Assembly (NCBI GenBank): GCA_009602735.1
Contig: WELA01000881.1
Span: forward strand, 132,861-196,860
Direction: 5' to 3'
Length of the DNA stretch: 64,000 bases
DNA from: Mesotaenium endlicherianum
Taxonomy: Eukaryota
Below the pieces are notes generated by a model, which did no database searches, was not told where the DNA came from, and was given only the letters and a program-made list of their open reading frames with translations. Shown here piece after piece: positions 40,501 to 53,330 of this stretch (its first letter is position 1; the number at the start of each line of letters is the position of its first letter). The translations under genes were made by a program, and so were the position numbers.

Positions 40501-42270
40501 GGCTCCTTGAGAGTTAATGTATTTCTGGATTTTGGCAAGTACAAGAGTGATTCTCGAATGTCTTTCTATGTACTAGCTCTTGTTTACATACTTGCTACAT
40601 AAGTAATTTCTAGGAAGGTGTATGTTGATGTGTTGGCACCCAACACATCCCAAAACTTGCCACCTCTTTCTAGAATATGTACAAATGTCCTTTCGACCTA
40701 AAAATGGCACATTTGACTTCGGCCACGTGGAGTTCTTCTAGGTCTTTCCTCTAACTTCAAAAATGCCTTAGAAGGTTCAAAGGACATGAACCAAGTCACT
40801 AGAGTACCTATTCACACTTGAATTCACACAATACTACTCCGAATATATTTGAAAACATTAAAATATATGCAAACTATGTTATAATAACTCAAATCACTAC
40901 ACATTACCCAAAAGTCAAGGAAGTTAATTCCACCCGAGCAAGGTTATACAACCACGCAGCGAGAGGCATTGGCAATTATACATGCGTTGAAGGTTTGACG
41001 CTGCTACGTTGAAGGACGCAAGGTACTCGTCACTACGGACCACGAGGCGCACCTTTAGACGTAGCCGTATGGCTCAAGGAGACAAGCAAGATGGAGTAGA
41101 TACCTGCAACAATACAACATCAAGGTTCAGTACCAACCCGAGAAGACAAATCCAGCCAATCCTCTTTTAAGACTAGAAGTGTACTCGGTTACGACAACCT
41201 TGCATATGGATTTGGAGGCAAGATTTTCAGCCGCCAATTAAAGAGACCCTTACGTCAAGAACGAAGAAGCAACCTTGGACCCATACAAGAAGCAAGAAGT
41301 CTATTACTGGGTGAGGCAAGACACGGGCCATAAATGTGTTCCTAATGACTTAGGCCTTCGGCTCTTTCTTCTACGAGAAACGCACGACAACCCTCTTGGA
41401 GGACGCTTTAGGATTTTCAAGACCATGGGCGTTACAGCCAGGACCTTTTGCTTGGCAGGCATGCCTAAGCAAGTCAAGGACTACTGCAAGGGTTGTGACA
41501 CATGCCAAAGAGTCCAGCCATCTTCACAAAAGGCGGGAGGACTCCTCCAACCACTACCAAACTCGGAAAGGCAATGGACGGACATCTGAATGGACCTTAT
41601 TGTGGACCTGCCGATAACACCTCAAGACCATAATGCATTACTAACGATGGTGGACAGATGTACCAAGATGGCTCATTTTATTCCCACAACGACTAAGGCT
41701 ACAGCACCTCAACTTGCAAGATTCATCTTTGACAACATCTTTGGACTCCATGGACTACCATCAAGAATAGTGTGGGATAGAGATTCAAGACTCACAAGCC
41801 GATCCTTCAAGAACATCGGTAAATTGCTGGATATGTTCACTGCCTACCACTCGCAATCGAAAGGAAAAACAAAACGAATGAATCATACCCTAAAGACCTC
41901 TCTTAAGGCCTACGTGTCTATTCTAGAGCAGGTCTGGAACATGTACTCGACCCCCTTGGAGTTTGCCTAAAAACAACACGACGCAGGCCTCTACTCAAGA
42001 GTCCCCATTCTTCCTCAATTGGCTTCCATCCGACCACGCCACTGAGCTTCACGCCTGGCCATGATGAAGTACTTGCAGCAACAGATTCTTTTGAGACATT
42101 AGAAGCAAGCCTTGCAACAGCCAAGAAAGCTCTAAATACGTGCAAGATGCTCAAGCAAGAGTGGGAAATAGGTCCAGAAGAGAAATTGCGTACAGAGGGG
42201 GTGACAACGTGTTACTATCATCAAAGAATATTTCCCTGAACAACAGGCCTACCGGCAAAAAGTTCTCTCC
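37518..42270 (+). mobile_element. Degenerate Ty3/Gypsy element: 5' LTR 37518-38030, PBS, gag, protease, partial RT, RNase H, integrase
   Basis: LTR ends TTTCACTACA followed by PBS TGGTAACAGAGCC (38032-38044). gag from 38068 (LWLYQV, AATSWW, LKQMTSV, TPMEIG). Protease ILVDSGAQGNF. The RT N-half is deleted near 39955. ITDAS, CDTCQR, MDLIVDLP, VDRCTKMAHFIP. Confidence 0.9.
40400..40901 (-). mobile_element. Solo LTR (502 bp) inserted antisense into RNase H
   Basis: TGTAGTGA...TCACTACA termini. TSD CATTG (40395-40399) / CATTA (40902-40906). Reverse complement matches 1-431. Host frame resumes afterwards (KSRKLIPPEQGY). Confidence 0.92.
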
Positions 42271-45200
42271 CAAGGACATGCTTGGGGAACCACGGATTAA
42301 AAGCTTGTCTATTGGGAGCTGTGAAATTGTTGCAAATTTGATGGAAAAACAACAAGGCGTTGATCACCCCCAAGATCAATGTGCTCATGAAACTTTGCGA
42401 GTACACGCTTGGCGCAGATCAAACCGAAATGTTTGATGAAAAGAGATTGAAAATGGCCAAGCATCTGATGCACACCACAACACCCTGGAAGAGCTTGATT
42501 GAAAACGGTGGCAAGGTTGAGGACATGACAGAAATACAGCACCCGATGCAATTGCTAATTATTGCCTCTACAAGAAGTGTAAGATCTACTCGCGGGTAAG
42601 GCAAGTCAAATTGGACTACGTATTAATGGAAGATGTGCTTGCTGACAGCTTGATTGATATTTTTGCATGTTTCTTTTGTGGGGGCAGACACAGCAAGCGA
42701 TTGAGGAAGGAGAAGACAACAAAGTTCTGCAGATATCTAAAAAGTCCTTTTCAGGTGAGAAGTAAAAGCCCACTTCCTTTGGTAGTTGGACTTGTAGCTC
42801 GGATTTTCCTTGCTGCTAACAAGATTGTTTGCTTGTGTGAACTGCAATGGAAACAAGCGTGGGGGTGCCGTACTAACCACTACGGGAGTGCAGGCCATGG
42901 AGCCCCTGAAGAATAAGAAATTGCACGGGATGCGAGCAAACAGCTGCTTGATGCGCAACACTGACAAAACAAGCTACGTTGGCCTTGTAAATCAATAATT
43001 TGATGAGTGGTAGGTATACACTAGGCTACACATAGGTACTTTGCAAGCAGCTTGGAATGGTGGATAGCAAGTAGCTAGGTACGCTCTATTTACAGGCATT
43101 GCTTAATTCATCCGCTAGTCTGTTGGAAGCATACTTCCAATTAATCAAGAGAAATGGGTAATCAATATCATCTCTGATGAAACTGCTCTTCAAGCATTTT
43201 GGATAACAGGCTGCTGCTATGGCTTGTTGGTATTTGTCTTTATGAAATAAAATATAAGAATATTCTTCTTGAAATTTCTTTTGCTCCTTCTTTGGAATAA
43301 GACATAACTCTACGTCACAAGGTGCAGGAAGATGCAAGGACTTCAAGATTATAATATTTTCTGATAAGCTAGAATGTTATCTGCGACTGCACAGTTAAAC
43401 AACTTTCACTTTGACTTGGCTGAATGAAACACTATTCAATAAGTTGAATGTAAATTTGCAGCTGCATAGTGAATGAACGTTCACTTTTTTCTGGCTGAGT
43501 GAAAATACTTCTCAACAAGTTCAATTGAAATCTCAAGCTGCACAGTGAATCAAAAGCTGCTGCTTTGACGCCAAATGTAATTATTCCTCCTGGTTCAAAA
43601 AGCAAGCCCATCTGGTTGGTCTTGCAATGAAGTCTAAGTGAGGAAGACAAAACGAGTGAAAGAAGAGATTTGTGACCAGCTATCCGCAATTTACACAATC
43701 TGCGCACGATAAATTGATTTTAGAACCATGTCAGAAGTACAAGGATTGCTGGAAACAACAACAAAACCTTGCAAGCAAAAGTGGAAATAAACACTACCCG
43801 CAAGGCCATGTGGGTCATGTGCGCACGTGCACGCGAATGAGAACATGACAGGTTATAACAAAGCAGGTACCAACGGGGGCGAGGTGATTATGACACGAAC
43901 GACAGGCTGTCAAAATGTATGCACTGAAGGTACCTACCATCTGGTGCCTACCCGACCTTTTTAACTCGTGAAGCTTGAAGATTTGGTACAGCAGCTGTGA
44001 CAGTCATGGAAGTGAACTAGCTATTGTAAAAAGCAGAGTAATCCAAAACTTGGCCAAAAATGAACGGGAGGAAATTACTAGAATAGAAAGGTTGAATTTC
44101 CATCGATCAATTTTTTTGTCGACGCCATAGGTCGATACGACTTGGTTTTATTTTCAATTGAGGTTTTCGTTGAAACTTGTCTCATGTGATCGTCAAGCAA
44201 TATTTCCTTATGTTATTTGTCGCAGAGCTTTTACAAGACACGATCATTCTTTACTCATGTTGCTATTTTTTTTTGGATCTGTTTCTTGGTAGGTACTCTT
44301 CTACTACGACAATTTGACAAAGAAACCTTTCGCTGGTTCCATTCGAGGTAAGCACGTCTACACATACATACAAAGTATCAATGAAGAGGTGATCTTACCT
44401 GCAACCACAAAGTAACATGTATTCTCTTCATATAAACAATGTGTTGTCTTACTTTTACTGTCTTGTCTAATTCAATTTTAGAGTGAGGCCCCAATGGAAA
44501 ATAATAATGTGCAAATAGATTAACGCCAGTTTGTCTGCAGCATTGGCTCTGCCGGCCTTTGTGAAGAATAGCTTGAATATTTTCTTAGAACATGTGGGTT
44601 TAGTCTTTGGTTTCTAACTGACTTGCGTTGCTTTTTGCTGCATTGTTTTGGATGTTCTGTGCTGGGTGTGGTAAGGCTCAGCAAGTTAAATAGTGGGCGA
44701 GATATGTTTCAAGATGATAAGTTCATTGTTGCTTATGCTTGCCGCTTACAGCACTGCAACATGTATTCATCCTAAAAACATCTATTATTTATCTTGTGAC
44801 ATGCTGTGGTAGGTTGCGTGCGCAACACAATAGGGTCCAATTTACTCCACAAGGAGATGTTACGCAAGGCAGATATTGTAACAATCGAGCACCCCATAAA
44901 AGGCTTGTTGTATTTTCTCTGTCATGTCTGCTCCATATACCTTTACTTTATTATCTCCTCTCTTATTGTGGCTAATTCTCTGTGTGTGTAAATTTGTGTT
45001 CGTGTTTGTATTTGTTTGTGTCACTATGCATTTATCCTTGTGTAAGTGGTCGTAGCATGTGATTACAACTCTTTTTTGCATTAATTCCTCTTATGCATTT
45101 TGTTTAGTATCGGTATGAAAACTAAGAAGAGTACAAGAGGGCCTTTACAGCACCTGCAGTAGCTTCAAGCTTTTCAACAGTAGCAACAGCTTCGATCTAG

Positions 45201-46047
45201 CAATTCATCAACGATGCCCCACCTCATCTCCCTTCTTCCTGCGTGTGCGTGTGCTTGTTGCTGCTGCACCATAGTGCTTGTCTTGCTTTCCATGTATCTT
45301 GAATTAGTGCGTATGTTTCTTTTATGCTGCACAATCTAACTCCCTCTCTTATTGCTCTATCTTTCGTATTTATTTGAGCTTGTTTCTCATAGTTAGTTCC
45401 TTCATTTTCATATTATTTAGTATCCACATGGGAGCTGATGGCGCGCAAGAGGGCCTTTACTGCTGCTTTGCAGAAGCACCAACAGCATCTTTAAGCTACT
45501 AGCGGGCTCTTCCAGCAGCAACACTGTCAAGTTAGCAGATTATGTATGTGTCCCACCCAATCTACTTTCCTCCTTAATTGTTTTCTGCTTCGCTGCTTTG
45601 CCCTTGCTGGTGTTTGTGCTCTTAGCTTTCTCTTTTTGTATCTGCTATCGCGCTGCTATTTCCTCTGCCCTCCGTCCACTGTCTCCCTGTCTCCTTGTCT
45701 CTTGCAGCTTAATGCTATCTCACTGCTCTCTTTGTGCCTTTTCTTGTCTACCCTTTCTCTCCCTGCTTGCTGCTGTACATGCTTTTTCTCTGCTGTTAAT
45801 GATATGTTTTTTGTTTGCTGTCTCTTCTCTTTTAGTACCCTGTCTTCTCACTTCTTGCCCTCTCAGCTCAATCTGCTCTCTAGTTGCAACTTACTCTCTC
45901 TGCTTGTTCAATTATTTTTTTGTTTCATTTGCATGTCCATGTCTGGCTCTCTTCCTCTCTTTTGATTTTTGCAGGCCTACTACACCAAGCTTGCACTTCT
46001 ATCTTGTAAATGTGGTGTGTTCTCTCTCTATCTCGCTCTCCCTCTCA

Positions 46048-46052
<5 letters not shown>

Positions 46053-46100
<48 letters not shown>

Positions 46101-46643
46101 NNNNNNNNNNNNNNNNNNNNNNNNNNNNNNNNNNNNNNNNNNNNNNNNNNNNNNNNNNNNNNNNNNNNNNNNNNNNNNNNNNNNNNNNNNNNNNNNNNNN
46201 NNNNNNNNNNNNNNNNNNNNNNNNNNNNNNNNNNNNNNNNNNNNNNNNNNNNNNNNNNNNNNNNNNNNNNNNNNNNNNNNNNNNNNNNNNNNNNNNNNNN
46301 NNNNNNNNNNNNNNNNNNNNNNNNNNNNNNNNNNNNNNNNNNNNNNNNNNNNNNNNNNNNNNNNNNNNNNNNNNNNNNNNNNNNNNNNNNNNNNNNNNNN
46401 NNNNNNNNNNNNNNNNNNNNNNNNNNNNNNNNNNNNNNNNNNNNNNNNNNNNNNNNNNNNNNNNNNNNNNNNNNNNNNNNNNNNNNNNNNNNNNNNNNNN
46501 NNNNNNNNNNNNNNNNNNNNNNNNNNNNNNNNNNNNNNNNNNNNNNNNNNNNNNNNNNNNNNNNNNNNNNNNNNNNNNNNNNNNNNNNNNNNNNNNNNNN
46601 NNNNNNNNNNNNNNNNNNNNNNNNNNNNNNNNNNNNNNNNNNN

Positions 46644-46706
<63 letters not shown>
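46053..46706. repeat. (CT)n microsatellite spanning an assembly gap
   Basis: Pure CT repeats flank the N-run at 46101-46643. Confidence 0.95.
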
Positions 46707-46709
<3 letters not shown>

Positions 46710-46759
46710 GTTGACTTCCTTGCTATCTTGTTTCTTGTGTGTACTTCAAATCTTACAAG

Positions 46760-47443
46760 GCCAATATGTGGTTTTTCAACTCCATTTGCTTTTATCTTGG
46801 AGGTTAGAGGAGCACAAAGTGCACGACAGCCTCGACACGTTTGCAAGAGGTTGCGCCAGAATCGAACCACGTTGCCATCATCACTTCCAAACGGGGCAAC
46901 TGACATTCGGAGATCAAGTGCAAGTTTTGCAACCATGTCGTTTTGGGGGGTGTTACGAACATTCGTTATCACTTAGTGGGGGCTGAAGGTACCGTGCATG
47001 TGAGAATGCACCCATGAAGTTGAAGGTAAAAATGATTATATATCCCACTTCCACATTCTCATACTCAGCTAGGTAAACGTCAATCTAAGAATGTCTGACG
47101 CAGTCGCTTGTACGGATTGTCTGCATCTTAGCGTGCAGCTAGACAACTATCTGGCACGGGGTCATGGCAGAAAAGTTTTATGGATCTTGTGAGCGCAGAG
47201 TGTTTATGACGTAGTTGCCTGGTTCTTTGACGCCACGAATGTTTCTTTTAACGTGCAGCAAAGTAATTTCTTCGTGGATATGATGAATGGCGTCAGCAAG
47301 TACGTTTTGGAGAATGGCTTACCTTATGTAGCGATCAAGGATAAACCTTGAGAAAGCTCCCTCTTAAACAAAGGAGGCACACGAGTACAACAATGGGAGA
47401 GTAATTGCAACTAAAGCACATAGAGATTTTTGGGTGCACCCTA
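46760..47443 (+). pseudogene. hAT transposase N-terminal fragment (BED zinc finger and following region)
   Basis: PESNHVAIIT...IKCKFCNHVVLGGVTNIRYHL and VYDVVAWFFDATNVSFNVQQSNFFVDMMNGVSKY...KDKP* align with 58950-59550 (PERGHVTIV...VKCNYCPREFTGGVTRIRGHF; VHEIVARFFYGTGSSFNVARSEFFRDMLVAVSKY...KDKPL). Truncated by the LTR at 47444. Confidence 0.88.
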
Positions 47444-50400
47444 TGTAACGTTTCTGCAAGACGTTCTAATTAATGAGAATCTGTTCCTGGTATTCAACGA
47501 ATGTTTGGCAGTAGCGGAAAGAAATTATTTACAGCCCGTAATCTTTGCTAAGTCATCAAGAGCAAGAAAGAGAGAGCGTAACTATAAAGATAGTGCTTTT
47601 GAGAGTTGCACTCATAATGACTCTCGCAGGTATGTATACCTGCTGAACATGAGGCACTTGAGTGCTTCGAGTCACCACCTAGGGCAACGGTCATGTCAAC
47701 AACAAACAGTCAAATGGATGTGACCCATTTGACCAAATGCCCGAAATCATGTCGTGTGGCAATTTCGAGACTTCAGAAGAATCGCGACGAATCGTAACAA
47801 ATTGTTCTGCGCCAAATGGCCGTAGTTGCGTATTTTGAATAGACGTGGTTGTTTGTAGTCACATCTAAGCTTTGTTTCAAGTAGACGTGACTAATTGCGG
47901 TTATGTCTTCAATGTTTTTCAATAAACCTGACCGTTTGTCGTGCCCACATGCTCTTATTAAGATCAAGTAGTCGTGATAACTACTTCGCCTATCGGTTAG
48001 GTGTGATTGTGACAAACAAAGGATCGCGGGTTTGAATCCGCATGGATGCAAAGTTACGCAGGGATTAGTGGGCACGCACGTGTGGCGAATAATTCATCAA
48101 GATGCAATCATTTATCAAATCGTACATTGATAAACAATGTAACTGGGAAAACGTCCCAAATACGCCTAAAATAGCTCATATTGTTACACTCCTCCCCCCC
48201 TAAAAGAACATTAACGTCTTCGTTAAGCCTATTCTTTCAGGTCTGGTGTGTCAATACTGATCGTAATTACCGAAAAACACTGGTGAGCAAAATAGACTTT
48301 GCATCATCACAGCGACGTAAAATAGCCATTACGTGGCCGAGTCACTTTTGTGTTTATTCTTTGGTGTACGAAGAGCGCCTGGTAGCACACTTGCCTTAGC
48401 GCAAAGCCTTTGAGCTTTAGCCTATTGTAACCAACTCTGTTGGACCAGGTTCTTACAACTAAGTAGGATTTTTCCCTGCGGTTTGTACAAATTCCAACTG
48501 GAATCGTAATCAAGCCATTTGATCAAAAGCTCCACTCGTGGAGGCTTATGATGGGTGCAGCGATGTCCGAAGACCTCCTCTACATCCCACGCCTTATCAT
48601 CATTGGAGAGTGTGCCTGTTGCTGATAGCGACCAGCAACTCAAGATACCTTTTGTAAAATGACATGGAATACAAAATGCATTCGCCCCATGGATTTAGGC
48701 AAATCCAGTCAGCATGCAATAGGTCCAACCTTTGCAGTCACAATAGGATGGCCTACCCAGCCAGGCAAAAGTTTTTGCTTTACCGGGTGCTTGAGTTGGA
48801 GGCTTTTAATGTGCAAAAGCACCTTATTGCCAACCTCAACAATCAACAAAGTCCTGTGCGTATCAACAAACTTCTTCTGTCAATCTCGAGCGGCAGCTAG
48901 TGCCACCTTTGCTTCTTTATGCACCTCTTGAAGAGAGTGGACAAAGAGGCGTGCACTTGGTACTCTCATGGTTGACATCCTTACCTCATCGGGTACTGCA
49001 CGTGTGAAAGGAGTGTGCGGATGTCTTCTTATATTTAAGCAAACGTCTCCTAACCAACATTACTCCAAACTTTGCAACTGAAAGGAGGGTGTCCCAGTTG
49101 TCTTGGCGAGGATCCACATAATGCCTTAGGAACTGCTGCAGAACGCGGTTCAGCCATTCTGTTTGACCATCAATCTGAGGATGGAAACTAATTGTCATCT
49201 TTAGTTTCGTACCAAAAAGCAAGCAGACTTCCTGCCTGAAGTGGCTTGTTAATCGTGAGTCATGATCATTTATGTTCTGCTTAGGGAAGCCATGTGAACA
49301 CGTGGTCAATAAAGAGACGTGCTGTGATGGTTTAGTGGCCCAAAATGCACCGTCTTAGTGAAACAATCCACAATTTTCAACACCCCATTGTGTCCTGTAT
49401 CGGTGGCAGGAAATTCCACAACAAAGGCGTGGCTTATGCTTTCCCAAAGAGCACCTCCAAGTGCCAATGGTTGCAACTTTTCAGGGGGTAACGTATTGCT
49501 CGCCTTATTCCTCTGACATTGTTGCGTAGTTGACGATGTACTCGGCAACATCAACCTTAAGGGACGGCCAAATGTACCCTCAACGCAAACCACGTGTAGT
49601 TTTGGTGATTCCATGGCAACCAGAGAAAGGAAAGTCATGCGCTTCCTGTAGTAGCACACGTCTTATTGGGCCTTCTGGGACAGCAATGTGCCCATTGTGC
49701 CACCAAAAACCGTCTTCAAACGAATAGCTTGAGTATTTTTTCCTTTTGTCCATACCGTCTATCGTTACGGCTACACCGTTCAAGCCAGTACCTTCAAGAT
49801 CTAGGAAAAATGGATCTTTGAGATAGTCCTCGTAAAACAATTGTTGCAAGTCAAGTACTTTTGAGGTATGCATGCTATCTAAATCGGGTGTGCCCGCGTC
49901 ACCACGCAAGTGTCAACCAGACGTCCGGGGGGGTACAGCAGTTCAAGAGTGGCCGCCCTTGAAGCCTAACCATTTTGTTCTTGCAAGCCCGCAACGGTCC
50001 CCTGCAACAAGTTACGCAAGAACTCATACCATCTCGTCTCTCTCCTTGACATTGTTGGTTGTATTTGAAAGAAGGTGTTTGGGCAGTGATTCGTAAGCAG
50101 CCTTCCAAATATCATCGCTGAATCTTAAAAGCGACATCACTGCCTAGAGCTCTTGCTCTGTCGGTAAGTAATTTTCTTTGGCAGGCGTCAGCTTTTGACT
50201 CTCAAAACAGAGAGGCGTGCCTGCCTGCAGCAAAACAGCCTTTATTCCAACATCGGAAACATCGGCGACTACCTCGTAAGGAAAATTGGGATTTGCTAAT
50301 AAAAGAGGTGGCGCATTCGTAAGGGCATACTTCATGCGCTCAAACGCATGTGGCGTATGCTCATTCCAGATGAACGTTGTATCTTTCCTCGTCATTGCAG

Positions 50401-51983
50401 AAAGTGGCGCAGCCATCTCTAAATAGTCTTGCATAAACTTACTAAAGTAGTCAACAAACCGAAGGAATGAATGGACAGTTTATACATCGTTTGGGACAGG
50501 CCAATCTGCGACACACGCAATCTTCACACGATTGGGGCGCACCCCGTTTGAACCCACTACATGCCAAACGTACAACTACTCATCCTTTAGGAAGGAGCAT
50601 TACTTGAGCTTAGCTGTTGCTCGCGAAGGATCTGCAACACCAACTACAGGTGCTTGTAATGCTCGTAGACAAGGTTATCGTCGAGGTAAATTTGGACAAT
50701 TTTTTCCAAGTCCGGACTAAACAAATCGTTCATCGTGCTCTCAAGTCGCTGGTGCATTGGTAAGACTTAGGACTTCGTATTAGAAGTGCTTTATAGGCGT
50801 ACGAAACGCTTTCTGGGAGACATCCTTTGGTGTGATTCGAATTTGATGACTATCCTGGGCTAGATCAAGCGAGAAGAACACGCATGCCCCCTACAACAAA
50901 TCAAAAAAATCATCAATGGGAGGCTACGGATAGCGGGTCTTCACCGTCATGTTGTTCAGCGCACGATAATCAATGTACCACCTGAGCGTCCCATCTTTTT
51001 GTGAAACAAATAAAATGGAAGCGGTGAATGAAGACGAGCTTGGCAGGATCCTTACTTTCTCCAGCAAGTCAGTAATTCGGTCTTTTATCTCGTTCATCTC
51101 CAACGGGCTTAGGCGATAAAGTGGTCGCCAAGTCGGTTAAGGATCAAGAACGAGAGATATCGTATACCTAGTACTCCGATCAGGCGAAAGCCAGGCTTGT
51201 ATTTCATTTGGGAACACCCACTTGTACTTCTGCAGGAGAGCAGCGAGCTCAGTCGTTAGTGTTGCCACATGACCAGAGACCTCCGACACCGGCTATTCCG
51301 TAAAGAGAGTTTTGGATGCGGCTGGGGAATCAGGTCAAGTAATTTGTAGAAAACATGTTGACCTTTCTTTGCCGGACGCCGTGCTTGCTTAGTGGACAGT
51401 TAAGTAGTCCTCGTAGGACTTTCGTTGGCCATTTCGGGCTTAAGGGGCTGAAAAGTGAACATCCGGCCTCCCTTGCAAACAATGCATGTACGTTGACCGT
51501 AGTCAAGCAATGCACTTGCTTGCTTTCGCCAACTTTTGTCCGAAATTGCATCAATACCTTTGAGCAAATCAGCAGCGTAGATTTGTTTGGGCTAGAAGTA
51601 TCGTTGCACCTTAAGCGGTAACCAAACCGTTCCAATAACAAAAGCCACAACACCATCGGCGAGGCGAAGCTGTTTGTCCTTGAGTATTGGAAGCAACTTC
51701 ATCCCTTGTGCAAAATATGCACTAACGAAGTGAATTGATGCGCCTGAATCGATGACAATAACGCTTGACCGGCCTGAAATTTTACTTTCAGACGTCATAC
51801 TTAACCCCAAAGAAGCATCATGCATCACTGGCAATGTCCTCGCCATGAGAGGAATGTGGGATATATGGAGCTCCTTTATTGAAATCCCTTTTTGCATTGT
51901 CGATCTCGCGCAAAACCGAGTGATCGGGTCAGAGTGCGCGCGTCGATGTGTAAATGCATGTGATAAATTGGTATACATCCGAA
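47444..51983 (-). mobile_element. Degenerate Ty3/Gypsy chromovirus (different family); 3' LTR 47444-48187
   Basis: TGTAAC...GTTACA LTR. PPT GGGGGGGAGGAG (48189-48200, - strand). Chromodomain WDVEEVFGHR...LLIKWLDY. Integrase (VDCFTK, FHPQIDGQTE), RNase H (VADVSDVGI), RT remnants at 50400-51200 and protease VIDSGASIHF. Confidence 0.88.
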
Positions 51984-53330
51984 TGTAATACTTAATCAAG
52001 TTCAACCTTGTGAACTTTAGTCAACATTAAGCCAGCTGAAATTTTAAACGATAATCGGTTTAATGACTCAGTTCAAAGCAGCACGCTGAAGTCAACTTAG
52101 GGCAGCTCGCTGACACATTCTTTGACAACTAACTGACTTTCGTACTCGGTAGCAGCGAACTGCCTAGTCATGCAATTAAGTGTGATATGCTATTTGAATG
52201 GCCAGATGACATCCTTAGGATGGATGGCAATTTGGGATGATGGGAGATGGCTGTGGATTTGGTTAGCTGAGTTCCTACCAACGTGGTTAATTACCGGGTA
52301 GGCAGTGCCATCGCACTTGTCGTTGAACGGTAAACTCATTCCATGTACATAGGCTAGGTATTGCTTTTGAGTTCGGCATTCGGAAAACGTGGCCAACTTT
52401 GTTGTACCGCTTACTAAGAGATGTCTAAATCGAAGGCGAGAAGCCATTGATGCAAACCGTCTCTTTCACCTTGCTTATGTATGAGTAAATTGATTGCACA
52501 ACTGAGTGCTCCCTTACTTGCACTTGAGTCATGAGTATTTATCACCGCTAGTGTATTGTCTTTTGCTGTTTAATGCGTCAGCCGAACTTAAGTGAAGGTT
52601 TGAGTTCACTCTAACGGGCCAGATCGTTTGACGCTGTCAGTCAATCCGACGCTCGCGCTCACCGTGAACTAAGGACAGTCGTCAACCGACCTCAAAACTA
52701 ATTAATCTTCAAAAATCCGCAACTTTACCAAATTCGATGAACTTTATATCAAAATGACCACAAAGATGCAATCTACACTTCTATGCAATTAAAACATACT
52801 TTCATGACACTCAAAAATACACTTCATGAACTTATGACCTTACATGATTCATTTTAGTGGTGTTGGAGTTGGATATAGCAATCTTCTTGTATGGTAAGGA
52901 CAAGGTCTCAAGCTAGCAACTCTCTGGATATGGAGGTAAGAACAATGATAACATTGAAGAAGGGCAAGGCGAAAGTCGCGTTTTTGGACCTCGCACCTAT
53001 TGAGAAACGCTGCATCATGCAAGAAACAAAGAAGTTGGAGAGGAAGCAACCGCTCTTGCTGGAGTATCAGCTTAGCCCGCGGAGGATGAACGTTTTTGCC
53101 AAAGAGGTGAAAGAATCATCAAAAAGGAGGATCCCTGAGAAAGGGACGGTGGAGGAGCAAACGGCAGAAAGGGCCAATCTTTGAAACCAACTTCTTGCTG
53201 TACCTACTGTTGAACCTCACCCTCAAATTCGCAGTCAACTTTGTGCAACTGGCATAGCCGGAGCAAGAGCAATCGGGAATGTCAAAGCTGCTTCTAATCG
53301 AGCTAATGTTGTTGAGGAGTTATAACCCAA
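51984..53330 (+). mobile_element. 5' part of a diverged relative of the 21548-24947 element: LTR 51984-52856, PBS-like site, MVRTRSQ ORF start at 52891
   Basis: 52060-52572 is a diverged reverse complement of ~21640-22160. LTR ends GATTCATTTTA, followed by TGGTGTTGGAG. The ORF MVRTRSQASNSLDME...TVEEQTAERANL*...QIRSQL aligns with MVRTRSQTTNSRDME...IVEELMASRANV...QIRDRL. Confidence 0.85.
52575..52844 (-). mobile_element. Fragment of the chromovirus LTR (18548 family) inserted in the 51984 LTR
   Basis: Matches ~19006-19287 and ends in CCTTACA. Confidence 0.85.

Noticed and set aside
45546..46986. Long ORFs of 234-462 aa
   Set aside because: Artefacts of (CT)n and the N gap.
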